Shown here piece by piece: positions 31,536 to 42,088 of a DNA stretch of 64,000 bases. Numbering within the stretch: position 1 is the stretch's first letter; each line of letters opens with the position of its first letter. The stretch is from the NCBI GenBank assembly GCA_965226885.1, contig CBDDEL010000010.1:224001-288000 (forward strand), given 5' to 3'. The stretch is from Opitutales bacterium. Its GTDB lineage: Bacteria > Verrucomicrobiota > Verrucomicrobiia > Opitutales > UBA2987. A model generated the notes under the pieces. The model ran no database searches. It was not told where the DNA came from and saw nothing but the letters and a program-made list of their open reading frames with translations. Position numbers and translations under genes: made by a program.

Positions 31536-32337
31536 GGTAGTGTATAAAAAAAGAATGTTATTTTGTATTTTTAGCTGTACAAATAGCGTTAGGCAGTTTA
31601 TTCTTAGTGCATGGTTACTAAAATTATTAATTGTCGGCACTGTGGAAGTGAAAATATCATTAAATTTGGCAAGACGCCCAACCATAGACAGCGCTACCGC
31701 TGCCATGATTGTGGTAAACAAAGCCGCGAAAACCCCACAGTGAAATACACCGAAGAGCAAAAAGAAATGATCCTTCGAGTCTATCAGGAACGCAGCAGTC
31801 TACGCGGTTTACAGCGCGCCTTCGGGGTGAGTCCCAACACCGTTTTGAGTTGGTTAAAAAAAACGACAATCGCTGCGACCGCTCAAAAGCACGATTCTTG
31901 CGGCCCGCCGCCATGATGTCATTGAACTGGACGAACTGTGGTCTTTTGTGGGGCGCAAGAGCGATGCCCAATGGGTTTGGATCGCTCTTTGCCGACGCAC
32001 CCGTCAAATCCTCTCCTATGCCATTGGGCCTCGGGATTGGTATCGTTGCCGGGAACTTTACGAGCGTCTGCCACGGGCCTACAAAAGATGTGCCACCTAC
32101 AGCGACTTTTGGAGCACTTATGATGAAGTCTTTCCTCATAACCGATCCGTGGGAAAAGAAACCGGTGAAACGGCCCATGTGGAACGATGGAACAATACCC
32201 TGCGCCAACGACTGGGTCGTTTCACACGCAAAACCCTCTCCTTTTCCAAGCTTAAGAGTATGCATGAAACCTGTCTGAGACTTTTCATTCATCAATATAA
32301 TCAAGAATTAGCCACCATTCCTACTTAATACACTACC
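31536..32337 (+). mobile_element. IS1-family element (802 bp)
   Basis: IRs GGTAGTGTAT/ATACACTACC; 8-bp TSD GAATTTTG at 31528-31535 and 32338-32345. Confidence 0.95.
31611..32328 (+). CDS. IS1 transposase InsA (31611-31916) / InsB (to 32328), joined by a frameshift at an A8 run
   Basis: CRHC...CHDC zinc finger and HTH; InsB ELDELWSFV, YSDFW and VERWNNTLR motifs. Confidence 0.9.
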
Positions 32338-32345
32338 GAATTTTG

Positions 32346-32616
32346 CTATTCCTGCATGAAAGTTTCCACACCAGCCTCACCACCTCCGTTGAAGAGGCAA
32401 TAGACCTTACCGTCCTCATCTACGACAACTTCGGATTCGGAGTGTTCTTTGGCGGAATAGGACCAGCCACAAATGAAATCACCGTTGTTATTGTATTTCA
32501 TGATGCTATAATACCCTTCGTCCCCTCGCTGGATGGCACCGTCATAACCTTCCTTATTGCGGACAGACAGGTAGGCGTTTCCCCATTTGTCTCCGGCCAC
32601 ACTGTGGAAATAGCTA
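32346..32616 (-). pseudogene. C-terminal fragment of the NHL-repeat protein (N-terminal part at 50985-52057)
   Basis: Joins in frame as HGDPPNGPS|YFHSVAGDKWGN once the intervening block and duplications are removed. Confidence 0.88.
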
Positions 32617-32756
32617 GAGGCTGTCCCAAAAATATAAAGATTTTATAGTCAACTGGATGACGTTGATAAAAAGAGCCGGAAAGAGCAAGTTTTTGCTCGA
32701 TCCGGCCAAAAAAGGGTTCTATAATTGAGTTAGCGAAAATCAATATAGCCCTTTCT

Positions 32757-34244
32757 ATGTCTATGAAAAATATAGCCATCCAATGCCTCCTGCGTCCAGC
32801 TTTAACTGTGGTCGACCGGTGCCTCGATTACGATAACTTCCGCGCCACCATTGATCGAATCGATCGGCTGCTGATCGACTCGGAGGTGGAATCGCAGGCC
32901 ATTGAGCTGGCCTTGGAGGGGTGGCAGCCAATGGGTCTAAAGGCCCGGCGGCAGCGGGCCAGTTTTGCCATCAAGGCACTGCGCATGGATACGCTGGGCC
33001 GTCTGCTCGGAGGGATTTCGTTTCGGCATTTGTCGCGGGCTCTGGGCAGCAGCGATCTGTTGGCCGACTTTTGCCGTGTCCGGCAGATCGATGGCATCAG
33101 GGGCATCTCCAAAAGCACCCTGGAGCGGGCCTCGAAGTTTTTCAGCGAAGAGCAGTTGAGGGCCTTGCACCGGACCTTGACTGAGGTGGTGGGCGATGCC
33201 CTTCTGGCCCGGCAGGTGGGATTGGACAAGCCGATTGACACCACCATTTGCCTGATCGACGGCACCTGTTTGGAGGCTAACATTCATTGGCCGACGGACT
33301 GGGTATTACTCAAGGATGTAGCCGGCACGTTGCTCAAAGCGATCCGGCTGATCCGCGAGAAGGCCGGTTTGCGCCATCGCATGCCGATCGAACCGAAGCC
33401 CTTGGCTCGGCAGATGAATCGGCTGTGCATACAGATGACCCACAGCCGGCGGCGAAAGGACAGCGCGCGGCAGCGCAAGGGTATCTTGAGGCAGATGAAA
33501 AAGCTGCTCAAACGGATCGGGGAGCATGCCCGCAGTCACCGGGAATTATTGCAAGCCTGCTGGGAGCAAAGCGATTACAGCGAAAAACAGGTCCAACAGA
33601 TCCTCGCCCGGATGGAGCGCATGAGCGAGCAAATCCCGGTGGTCATCAAACAGGCGCACGAGCGGATCATTGGCGGCCGCCAGGTGAAAAACGCAGAGAA
33701 AGTCTTGAGTGTTTACGAACTCGATGGGCAGGTGATTGTGCGAGGTAAAGCGGGCCAAGAGGTCGAGTTCGGCAACACCCTGTTTTTGGGAGAAAGCGTT
33801 GAAGGGTACCTGCTGGACTGGAAACTCTACGGCAGCCGAACTCCAAGCGAAAATGAACAAATGCAAGAGAGTTTGCAAAGACAGAACCGCTTCAACCTGG
33901 AAGAACCCATAGCGGCCATGTGCGCGGACCGGGGATTTGCCTCCCAGCGGGCCCGCCGGCAGTTAGCCCAGGAGGGAATCTACGACGCGCTCTGTCCACG
34001 CGATCCGAAGCAGTTGAAAAAACGGATGGAGGAACCACTGTTCAGACAATTGCAAAAGCGCCGGGCCAGCACCGAAGGGCGAATCGGGGTATTGAAGAAT
34101 CGCTGGCAGGCCGGGCGGTTGCGCAGCAAAGGCTTTGCCAACCGCTCGATCAGCGTAGCCTGGTCGGTACTCTCGCACAACCTATGGAAAGTAGCCAAGA
34201 TGCTGGCCCAGCAAGACGAACTAAAAACCAAAGCGGCGGCCTAG
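32757..34244 (+). CDS. DDE transposase (IS5/ISNCY-like)
   Basis: IDGTCLEANIHWPTD, VRGKAG..VEFG, ADRGF and R...EGRIG.LK motifs. Confidence 0.9.
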   Translation: MSMKNIAIQCLLRPALTVVDRCLDYDNFRATIDRIDRLLIDSEVESQAIELALEGWQPMGLKARRQRASFAIKALRMDTLGRLLGGISFRHLSRALGSSDLLADFCRVRQIDGIRGISKSTLERASKFFSEEQLRALHRTLTEVVGDALLARQVGLDKPIDTTICLIDGTCLEANIHWPTDWVLLKDVAGTLLKAIRLIREKAGLRHRMPIEPKPLARQMNRLCIQMTHSRRRKDSARQRKGILRQMKKLLKRIGEHARSHRELLQACWEQSDYSEKQVQQILARMERMSEQIPVVIKQAHERIIGGRQVKNAEKVLSVYELDGQVIVRGKAGQEVEFGNTLFLGESVEGYLLDWKLYGSRTPSENEQMQESLQRQNRFNLEEPIAAMCADRGFASQRARRQLAQEGIYDALCPRDPKQLKKRMEEPLFRQLQKRRASTEGRIGVLKNRWQAGRLRSKGFANRSISVAWSVLSHNLWKVAKMLAQQDELKTKAAA

Positions 34245-35811
34245 CCCGGATATTTCATGAAGGGTAAAGTTTGGCTCGTTATTGCTATTGGAGATGGATT
34301 TCTTTGTATTTTGAGCAGATCGTCTTGATTTTTAGGTGTTTTTCAGGGTGTAGAGACACTGCCCCCTTTCCCCCATTGGTTCGGTAGTGCCGGGGGCAGC
34401 ACCAATGCACCCTTTAGGTTGGCACCAATCGGCGGGCCGCATGGTTGAAAAGACTGGCCCAAGGATAACTCTCACTTAGGTGAAAGTGAATCGTTCGGGT
34501 GTTGCGCACGATGACCGCTCCGATCTTGATTAATTTGAGCCGCAGGGTGTGGCATTGGGCCCGCGCCCACTTCGTCCCTTTTAAGGCTAACCGGCGCATG
34601 GCTTCCATCAAGGTGTAGGCCAGCGCCGACAAGAGCAATCGCCACTGATTGGCCCACCATTGATGGGCGCTGGTGCGCTCGCTGAACAATTGCATCTGTT
34701 CCTTGATTCGGTTCTCCATTTCACCGCGGCCACAGTATACCTTGTCGTAAAGCTCCTGGGGATCGCCCGGCAGGTTCGTCACCACGAAGCGCGGGTTGGA
34801 CCCCTGTGCGGTGTGTTCGGCTTTATGGATGACCAACCGCAGCCATCGCCACGAATCGGCAGCATAGACGAAGTCCTGGAATAACCGTTGTTTTTTACCC
34901 CTTAGTTCGAACCATTCTTTGGCCTGCTTTTGCAACTGCTGGGCGTCTTGCTGCAAGCGTGCATTGCGAGCCATCCCCACGATGTAACTAACTTCGTTGC
35001 GGTCGCACCAAGAGAGTATCCGGTCTCGACAAAATCCACTGTCGGCGCGCCAAATAATCCGCGTACGGGGCCAGCTTTGGCGAATCCGTTTAACCAGCAA
35101 TTTGAGGATGGCCCCGGCATGCTTGCTGGCATCGATCTTGCTCGGCCGCAGGTAGGCCACCAGCAGCTGATCACCGCAAAAAACATATAGCGGCAGAAAA
35201 CAGTAATGATCATAATAACCGTGGAAAAAACGTCCCTCCTGGAGCCCGTGCACCGGATTGTCGGTGGCGTCAAAGTCCAGGATGATCTCTTCGGGTTCCT
35301 CGGCAAAGGAGCCCATGAACTGTTCGACCAACAGCTCGTTTACCGCAAAGGCCGCCCGCCGATCCTGCCCGTTTTCAAAACGACACAAAGTCGGCGCGCT
35401 GGCCAACGTTTCAATGCGCCCCGTTACCGTTTGCAACAATGGATCGTGGCGCAGGGTATCAAAGTCGTTCAAATCCTCATAGCCCGCCACCAGCCCGTAA
35501 ACGCGCTGCCGCAGCATCCCCAATACCTCATGGCGTACTTTGCCCTTCTGCCGTTTGTCCACTAACTGTCGGGCCGCTCGTTCGGTCAAGCCCAACTGCC
35601 GATCCACTTCCCGGATCAAAAGCAGTCCGGCATCCGAAGTAACCTCTCCGCCCTTGAAATCAACCCGCACACGGCGGCCTTTTACCCTTGTCAACTGTAG
35701 CTTTAATTGTTTACCTTTTGTCATCGCTGATATTGCTTTAATTATTGATCTATCCTGCTGTATATCAGCAGTTAAGCATATCAACGATACTTTTTTTACG
35801 AAATATCCGGG
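34245..35811 (-). mobile_element. IS1380-family element, copy A (1567 bp)
   Basis: IRs CCCGGATATTTC; TSD CTAG. Confidence 0.95.
34414..35724 (-). CDS. IS1380 family transposase
   Basis: F.GG..TSDAG, GYEDLND, LDFDATD..HG.QE..FF.GYY, RADSGF and RGEMENRIKE motifs. Confidence 0.95.
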   Translation of the reverse strand: MTKGKQLKLQLTRVKGRRVRVDFKGGEVTSDAGLLLIREVDRQLGLTERAARQLVDKRQKGKVRHEVLGMLRQRVYGLVAGYEDLNDFDTLRHDPLLQTVTGRIETLASAPTLCRFENGQDRRAAFAVNELLVEQFMGSFAEEPEEIILDFDATDNPVHGLQEGRFFHGYYDHYCFLPLYVFCGDQLLVAYLRPSKIDASKHAGAILKLLVKRIRQSWPRTRIIWRADSGFCRDRILSWCDRNEVSYIVGMARNARLQQDAQQLQKQAKEWFELRGKKQRLFQDFVYAADSWRWLRLVIHKAEHTAQGSNPRFVVTNLPGDPQELYDKVYCGRGEMENRIKEQMQLFSERTSAHQWWANQWRLLLSALAYTLMEAMRRLALKGTKWARAQCHTLRLKLIKIGAVIVRNTRTIHFHLSESYPWASLFNHAARRLVPT

Positions 35812-36033
35812 CTAGAGAGCGGGGCGGCCTAGAGAGCGGAAAAGCAAGGACAATACTTTTTCACAGCCGTACTGTCGGCTCATACAAAGAAAACCAGGCA
35901 GCCGGACCCCAAAACCAGTATCCTAACGTTATAGGAGAGCAAAGTTGATACTCTCCCAAATGCAAATACCTCTAAAATGAGCGCCTATCAAAAGCCCTCG
36001 CAAAAATCACCCTTTTGGGACAGCCTCTAATTA

Positions 36034-36139
36034 GAGGCTGTCAAAATAGAGGCTGTCAAAAAATATAAAGATTTTGTACTCAATTATATGACGTTTATAA
36101 GAATAGACTTAAAGAGCAAGTTTTTGCTCGATCCGGCCA
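36034..36139 (+). mobile_element. Diverged left-end relic of a relative of the IS5/ISNCY-like element
   Basis: Diverged but alignable to 32617-32708; begins GAGGCTGTCAAAA with a 15-bp tandem duplication. Confidence 0.7.
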
Positions 36140-36901
36140 CTACCCGAAGAGATAATGGAATATTCTCTGGTTGGGATTTAAATCGAAAAATCCCTACTGA
36201 AACGCCCGACCATCACCCCATGCGATAGACGAACAGGTCAATCGGCTCAATAATCGGCTCCAGATTCGATTCCTTTTTCAAATCCGCAGCCATGCTTTTC
36301 AACCCAGTCGAAAATTCATCATCCGAAATCGCCGCAAGCTCAGATAATGCTCGATGCTTAACCTTCTCATACATCGCTTGGAAATTCTCGGCAAATTCAC
36401 TTTCGATCACATCGTGGGCGATCAAATCAAATCCTTGGTCTGAAAAGACGCTCTTCAGATTATATGCAGATGGTAGCATTTCCAAATCGACAACCCCTGC
36501 TCCCGGGAAATAATCCAAAATGCAGCCCGATTCAATAATTCCACTGTTGGGTTGCGCACACACGCGTAACCACCATTTCTCAACACTCTTTGGAATTCCT
36601 GCAATGCGCGGTCAACATCCACAATGTGGTGCCATACCATTGAAAGGAAAACCAAATCCACCGTTCCGTCACCAATCGGAATATCTTCTGCCGATCCCTT
36701 TTTGAATACGAACCTTTCCCCCACCAAAGACTCGATTGCCTGCGTCAGCATTCTGGTAGACGGATCAATCCCGATCAGTCGTGCATCAAACCGCTCTGAC
36801 AAAGCTTCAGAAAACCTTCCTGTTCCACATCCCAAATCAAGAATCGACTCAATCTCAGAAGGATCGATGTGCCGTTCAATCGCATCCATCCACAGAGCTA
36901 G

Positions 36902-38469
36902 CCCGGATATTTTGTAAAAAAAGTATCGTTGATATGCTTAACTGCTGATATACAGCAGGATAGATCAATAATTAAAGCAATATCAGCGATGACAAAAGGT
37001 AAACAATTAAAGCTACAGTTGACAAGGGTAAAAGGCCGCCGTGTGCGGGTTGATTTCAAGGGCGGAGAGGTTACTTCGGATGCCGGACTGCTTTTGATCC
37101 GGGAAGTGGATCGGCAGTTGGGCTTGACCGAACGAGCGGCCCGACAGTTAGTGGACAAACGGCAGAAGGGCAAAGTACGCCATGAGGTATTGGGGATGCT
37201 GCGGCAGCGCGTTTACGGGCTGGTGGCGGGCTATGAGGATTTGAACGACTTTGATACCCTGCGCCACGATCCATTGTTGCAAACGGTAACGGGGCGCATT
37301 GAAACGTTGGCCAGCGCGCCGACTTTGTGTCGTTTTGAAAACGGGCAGGATCGGCGGGCGGCCTTTGCGGTAAACGAGCTGTTGGTCGAACAGTTCATGG
37401 GCTCCTTTGCCGAGGAACCCGAAGAGATCATCCTGGACTTTGACGCCACCGACAATCCGGTGCACGGGCTCCAGGAGGGACGTTTTTTTCCACGGTTATT
37501 ATGATCATTACTGTTTTCTGCCGCTATATGTTTTTTGCGGTGATCAGCTGCTGGTGGCCTACCTGCGGCCGAGCAAGATCGATGCCAGCAAGCATGCCGG
37601 GGCCATCCTCAAATTGCTGGTTAAACGGATTCGCCAAAGCTGGCCCCGTACGCGGATTATTTGGCGCGCCGACAGTGGATTTTGTCGAGACCGGATACTC
37701 TCTTGGTGCGACCGCAACGAAGTTAGTTACATCGTGGGGATGGCTCGCAATGCACGCTTGCAGCAAGACGCCCAGCAGTTGCAAAAGCAGGCCAAAGAAT
37801 GGTTCGAACTAAGGGGTAAAAAACAACGGTTATTCCAGGACTTCGTCTATGCTGCCGATTCGTGGCGATGGCTGCGGTTGGTCATCCATAAAGCCGAACA
37901 CACCGCACAGGGGTCCAACCCGCGCTTCGTGGTGACGAACCTGCCGGGCGATCCCCAGGAGCTTTACGACAAGGTATACTGTGGCCGCGGTGAAATGGAG
38001 AACCGAATCAAGGAACAGATGCAATTGTTCAGCGAGCGCACCAGCGCCCATCAATGGTGGGCCAATCAGTGGCGATTGCTCTTGTCGGCGCTGGCCTACA
38101 CCTTGATGGAAGCCATGCGCCGGTTAGCCTTAAAAGGGACGAAGTGGGCGCGGGCCCAATGCCACACCCTGCGGCTCAAATTAATCAAGATCGGAGCGGT
38201 CATCGTGCGCAACACCCGAACGATTCACTTTCACCTAAGTGAGAGTTATCCTTGGGCCAGTCTTTTCAACCATGCGGCCCGCCGATTGGTGCCAACCTAA
38301 AGGGTGCATTGGTGCTGCCCCCGGCACTACCGAACCAATGGGGGAAAGGGGGCAGTGTCTCTACACCCTGAAAAACACCTAAAAATCAAGACGATCTGCT
38401 CAAAATACAAAGAAATCCATCTCCAATAGCAATAACGAGCCAAACTTTACCCTTCATGAAATATCCGGG
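36902..38469 (+). mobile_element. IS1380-family element, copy B (transposase 36989-38300 frameshifted at a T run near 37483-37489)
   Basis: Near-identical to copy A; flanks CTAG and TTAG. Confidence 0.93.
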
Positions 38470-38473
38470 TTAG

Positions 38474-40042
38474 CCCGGATATTTCGTAAAAAAAGTATCG
38501 TTGATATGCTTAACTGCTGATATACAGCAGGATAGATCAATAATTAAAGCAATATCAGCGATGACAAAAGGTAAACAATTAAAGCTACAGTTGACAAGGG
38601 TAAAAGGCCGCCGTGTGCGGGTTGATTTCAAGGGCGGAGAGGTTACTTCGGATGCCGGACTGCTTTTGATCCGGGAAGTGGATCGGCAGTTGGGCTTGAC
38701 CGAACGAGCGGCCCGACAGTTAGTGGACAAACGGCAGAAGGGCAAAGTACGCCATGAGGTATTGGGGATGCTGCGGCAGCGCGTTTACGGGCTGGTGGCG
38801 GGCTATGAGGATTTGAACGACTTTGATACCCTGCGCCACGATCCATTGTTGCAAACGGTAACGGGGCGCATTGAAACGTTGGCCAGCGCGCCGACTGTGT
38901 GTCGTTTTGAAAACGGGGCAGGATCGGCGGGCGGCCTTTGCGGTAAACGAGCTGTTGGTCGAACAGTTCATGGGCTCCTTTGCCGAGGAACCCGAAGAGA
39001 TCATCCTGGACTTTGACGCCACCGACAATCCGGTGCACGGGCTCCAGGAGGGACGTTTTTTCCACGGTTATTATGATCATTACTGTTTTCTGCCGCTATA
39101 TGTTTTTTGCGGTGATCAGCTGCTGGTGGCCTACCTGCGGCCGAGCAAGATCGATGCCAGCAAGCATGCCGGGGCCATCCTCAAATTGCTGGTTAAACGG
39201 ATGCGCCAAAGCTGGCCCCGTACGCGGATTATTTGGCGCGCCGACAGTGGATTTTGTCGAGACCGGATACTCTCTTGGTGCGACCGCTACGAAGTTAGTT
39301 ACATCGTGGGGATGGCTCGCAATGCACGCTTGCAGCAAGACGCCCAGCAGTTGCAAAAGCAGGCCAAAGAATGGTTCGAACTAAGGGGTAAAAAACAACG
39401 GTTATTCCAGGACTTCGTCTATGCTGTCGATTCGTGGCGATGGCTGCGGTTGGTCATCCATAAAGCCGAACACACCGCACAGGGGTCCAACCCGCGCTTC
39501 GTGGTGACGAACCTGCCGGGCGATCCCCAGGAGCTTTACGACAAGGTATACTGTGGCCGCGGTGAAATGGAGAACCGAATCAAGGAACAGATGCAATTGT
39601 TCAGCGAGCGCACCAGCGCCCATCAATGGTGGGCCAATCAGTGGCGATTGCTCTTGTCGGCGCTGGCCTACACCTTGATGGAAGCCATGCGCCGGTTAGC
39701 CTTAAAAGGGACGAAGTGGGCGCGGGCCCAATGGCACACCCTGCGGCTCAAATTAATCAAGATCGGAGCGGTCATCGTGCGCAACACCCGAACGATTCAC
39801 TTTCACCTAAGTGAGAGTTATCCTTGGGCCAGTCTTTTCAACCATGCGGCCCGCCGATTGGTGCCAACCTAAAGGGTGCATTGGTGCTGCCCCCCGGCAC
39901 TACCGAACCAATGGGGGAAAGGGGGCAGTGTCTCTACACCCTGAAAAACACCTAAAAATCAAGACGATCTGCTCAAAATACAAAGAAATCCATCTCCAAT
40001 AGCAATAACGAGCCAAACTTTACCCTTCATGAAATATCCGGG
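38474..40042 (+). mobile_element. IS1380-family element, copy C (transposase 38561-39872 frameshifted near 38915)
   Basis: Tandem with copy B via a TTAG spacer; right flank CTAG. Confidence 0.93.
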
Positions 40043-40207
40043 CTAGTCCCGCGTCCCCTATTTCGCGTCCCTTCTTGTAGGATTCAGGAATTGTTGTTTG
40101 ATCGTAGTCCATCGCCATTAACCTGTAAAAGTCAGGATTTGACCTGACGTGTACTGGATTTGTTGGACACGGGATTCTCTTATATTCATTGTTTATTGAT
40201 TAGTGTG

Positions 40208-41125
40208 TCAGGCGGCTTGTTTTGGTAAAGGGTTTTGTTTTCTCGTTGCCCCCCATGGGGGGCAAATATTTTCCTCGAATTGGACTGGGCTTTGGTAACT
40301 CAGAGAGGAATGTTTGCGATATCGGTTGTAGAAGATTTCCACGTATTCGAAGACAGTTGATCGCAGTTCGCGCTCGTCGGCAAAGTGGCGGCCTCGAATC
40401 GTGCTGGTCTTGAAGCGGCCGTAGAACGATTCCATGGCCGCGTTGTCGTAGCAGTTGCCTTGGGCGCTCATGCTCGGCTTCATGCCTAGTTCAGAGACCA
40501 GCCTCTGATAGTCGTCGCTGGCGTAGGGGCTGCCCCGATCGCTGTGATGAATAATCCCGGTGCGCAGTGTGCCGCGGGTCATGGCCGCGGCTTTGAGGGC
40601 CTTGCCAACCAGCTTCGCGTCGTTGTGGTTGGAAACGCTCCAGCCCAGCAGGCGTCGGCTGAACAGGTCCATCACCGTGGCCAAGTACATCCAACCGGCC
40701 AGGGTCCGTAGGTAGGTCGTGTCCGCCACCCAGACCTCGTCGATATGGGTCGGCTGGCCATGCTTTTTAAGCACATTGGGGCTGTAACCATAGGGATGGT
40801 TACTGTTGGTTTTTAATGGCTTAAAGCGTTTACTCTGGGTGCTTTTGATTCCCATTTCACGCATCAGACGCAGAGCCCGGTCACGGCCGCAATCGATGCC
40901 CTCATCATCCTTCAGATGGCGGTGCATTGGCCGATGCCCATAGCGGCCCTTGGCCTCTTTGTGTACCTTCAGGATCGCCCCCTTGATTCCCTCGTCCTCG
41001 ATCCGCCGGGCCGAGGGCGCTCGGTGCCTCCAGCAGTAATAGCCACTGCGACAAATCCCCATCGCCGAGCATATTTCCTCGATCTTGAAGCGCCCCTCGT
41101 TGTCTTTGACAAACTGGTACTTCAT
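40208..41125 (-). CDS. IS3 transposase OrfB (integrase core)
   Basis: WVADTTY, HHSDRGSPY and GNCYDNAAMESF motifs; -1 frame relative to orfA with an A8 slippery site. Confidence 0.92.
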   Translation of the reverse strand: MKYQFVKDNEGRFKIEEICSAMGICRSGYYCWRHRAPSARRIEDEGIKGAILKVHKEAKGRYGHRPMHRHLKDDEGIDCGRDRALRLMREMGIKSTQSKRFKPLKTNSNHPYGYSPNVLKKHGQPTHIDEVWVADTTYLRTLAGWMYLATVMDLFSRRLLGWSVSNHNDAKLVGKALKAAAMTRGTLRTGIIHHSDRGSPYASDDYQRLVSELGMKPSMSAQGNCYDNAAMESFYGRFKTSTIRGRHFADERELRSTVFEYVEIFYNRYRKHSSLSYQSPVQFEENICPPWGATRKQNPLPKQAA

Positions 41126-41433
41126 TGTTCGTCCTTGGCAAAGTAGCCCACCGTTTTTTTTAGTATCTGGTTGATCCGCTCCGAGCGGCGCAGCTCTTTG
41201 CGAAGACGATCTATCTCGGCCGCCATCTCCTTCGGACTGCTCTGTCGCTTTGAGGTGGCTTCGCCCTGCTGATCGTCCAGATAGAGCCTCTTCCACCTAT
41301 ACAATTGGTTGGTGTTGACCCCAAGTTTGGTCGATACCTCGGTGGCGCTCAGACCATCGAGTATCATCAGTTGAACTGCCTCATTTTTGAACTCTATACT
41401 AAAGCGTCTTCTTCCCATGCTTCGATTCTCCAT
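41122..41433 (-). CDS. IS3 transposase OrfA
   Basis: RRRFS.EFK.EAV, HTH and coiled coil ending ILKK. Confidence 0.9.
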   Translation of the reverse strand: MENRSMGRRRFSIEFKNEAVQLMILDGLSATEVSTKLGVNTNQLYRWKRLYLDDQQGEATSKRQSSPKEMAAEIDRLRKELRRSERINQILKKTVGYFAKDEQ

Positions 41434-42088
41434 TTAGGAGAATCTCGTGTCCACTTTTTCCAGTGCACATCAACCCAACAGCCAATGTCTGTCTTTGTTG
41501 GAGTGGTCGTTAACATAACAATAGTGGTTTCAGGTTATCTGACGCTGTCCGATAGGTCAAGTAGCGGCAACTACAAGTTATTGCCGGGTAAGAAGTCTTT
41601 GCCCTCATCCCGCCTCTCAAACCTCACATCGCCACCATCCATAACTGCGAATTCCGGATTAACGTTCAAAAACCAGCTTCCCTCCGATAAAAGTTTTTTT
41701 CGACCTTGATATCCTTTATAAAGTCAAGTGGGGTATGAGTTGGATCATCCGTGAGCATCACGAAATCGGCCAGTTTTCCGTTGGTAATCGAGCCTTTGAT
41801 CTTTTCGTCAAACGAGGCCAACGCGCTTCCCATAGTCCAAATCCAGAGCGCTTCCTGGACAGAGATTTTTTGTTTGGCTCCATAGACTTTGCCTTCCGCT
41901 GATTTGCGTGTTACTAAACTCTGAATCCGCAGCATCGGATCGGCCGCGCTGACGCCGTAATCGGAGTTGCCAGCCACAACGATGCCCAAATCCAGGGCCG
42001 ACCGGTTGGCGTGCATCATGTTCCAACGCCTTTCACCGTATTCTTCCATTTTGTCCCCGTGTTCGTAGATATAAGAATGAAGAGCTAA

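Larger units (their letters stand above)
32617..36027 (+). mobile_element. IS5/ISNCY-like element copy 1 (1817-bp core) with an IS1380 inserted at the transposase stop codon
   Basis: 15-bp IRs GAGGCTGTCCCAAAA. Length equals 1817 + 1571 + 17 + 6 bp of inserts and duplications. Confidence 0.9.
36213..40118 (-). pseudogene. Class I SAM-dependent methyltransferase split by an IS1380 dimer (pieces 40043-40118 and 36213-36901) and frameshifted near 36530
   Basis: Rejoined: MAMDYDQTTIPESYKKGREIGDAGL|ALWMDAIERH...ILDLGCGTGRF; CTAG on both sides of the dimer. Confidence 0.85.
40145..41472 (-). mobile_element. IS3-family element (1328 bp)
   Basis: Imperfect IRs TGA(C/T)GTG(T/C)ACTGGA...TGGACACG(G/A)GATTCTC; 3-bp TSD ACC. 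Confidence 0.93.

Noticed and set aside
35725..35784. MICLTAD... N-terminal extension of the IS1380 transposase and the recurrent small antisense ORFs
   Set aside because: The TTG start lies next to the IR and the ATG of MTKGKQ is more plausible. The antisense ORFs recur only because the IS is repeated.
40131..40148. Palindrome GTCAGG...CCTGAC as a REP or operator
   Set aside because: Half of the right arm is the IS3 terminus, so it is a junction coincidence.
41473..41600. Complete attC upstream of the methyltransferase
   Set aside because: Candidate R'' boxes (CTCCAAC, AGATAAC, CAATAAC) do not give paired L boxes at the required spacing.
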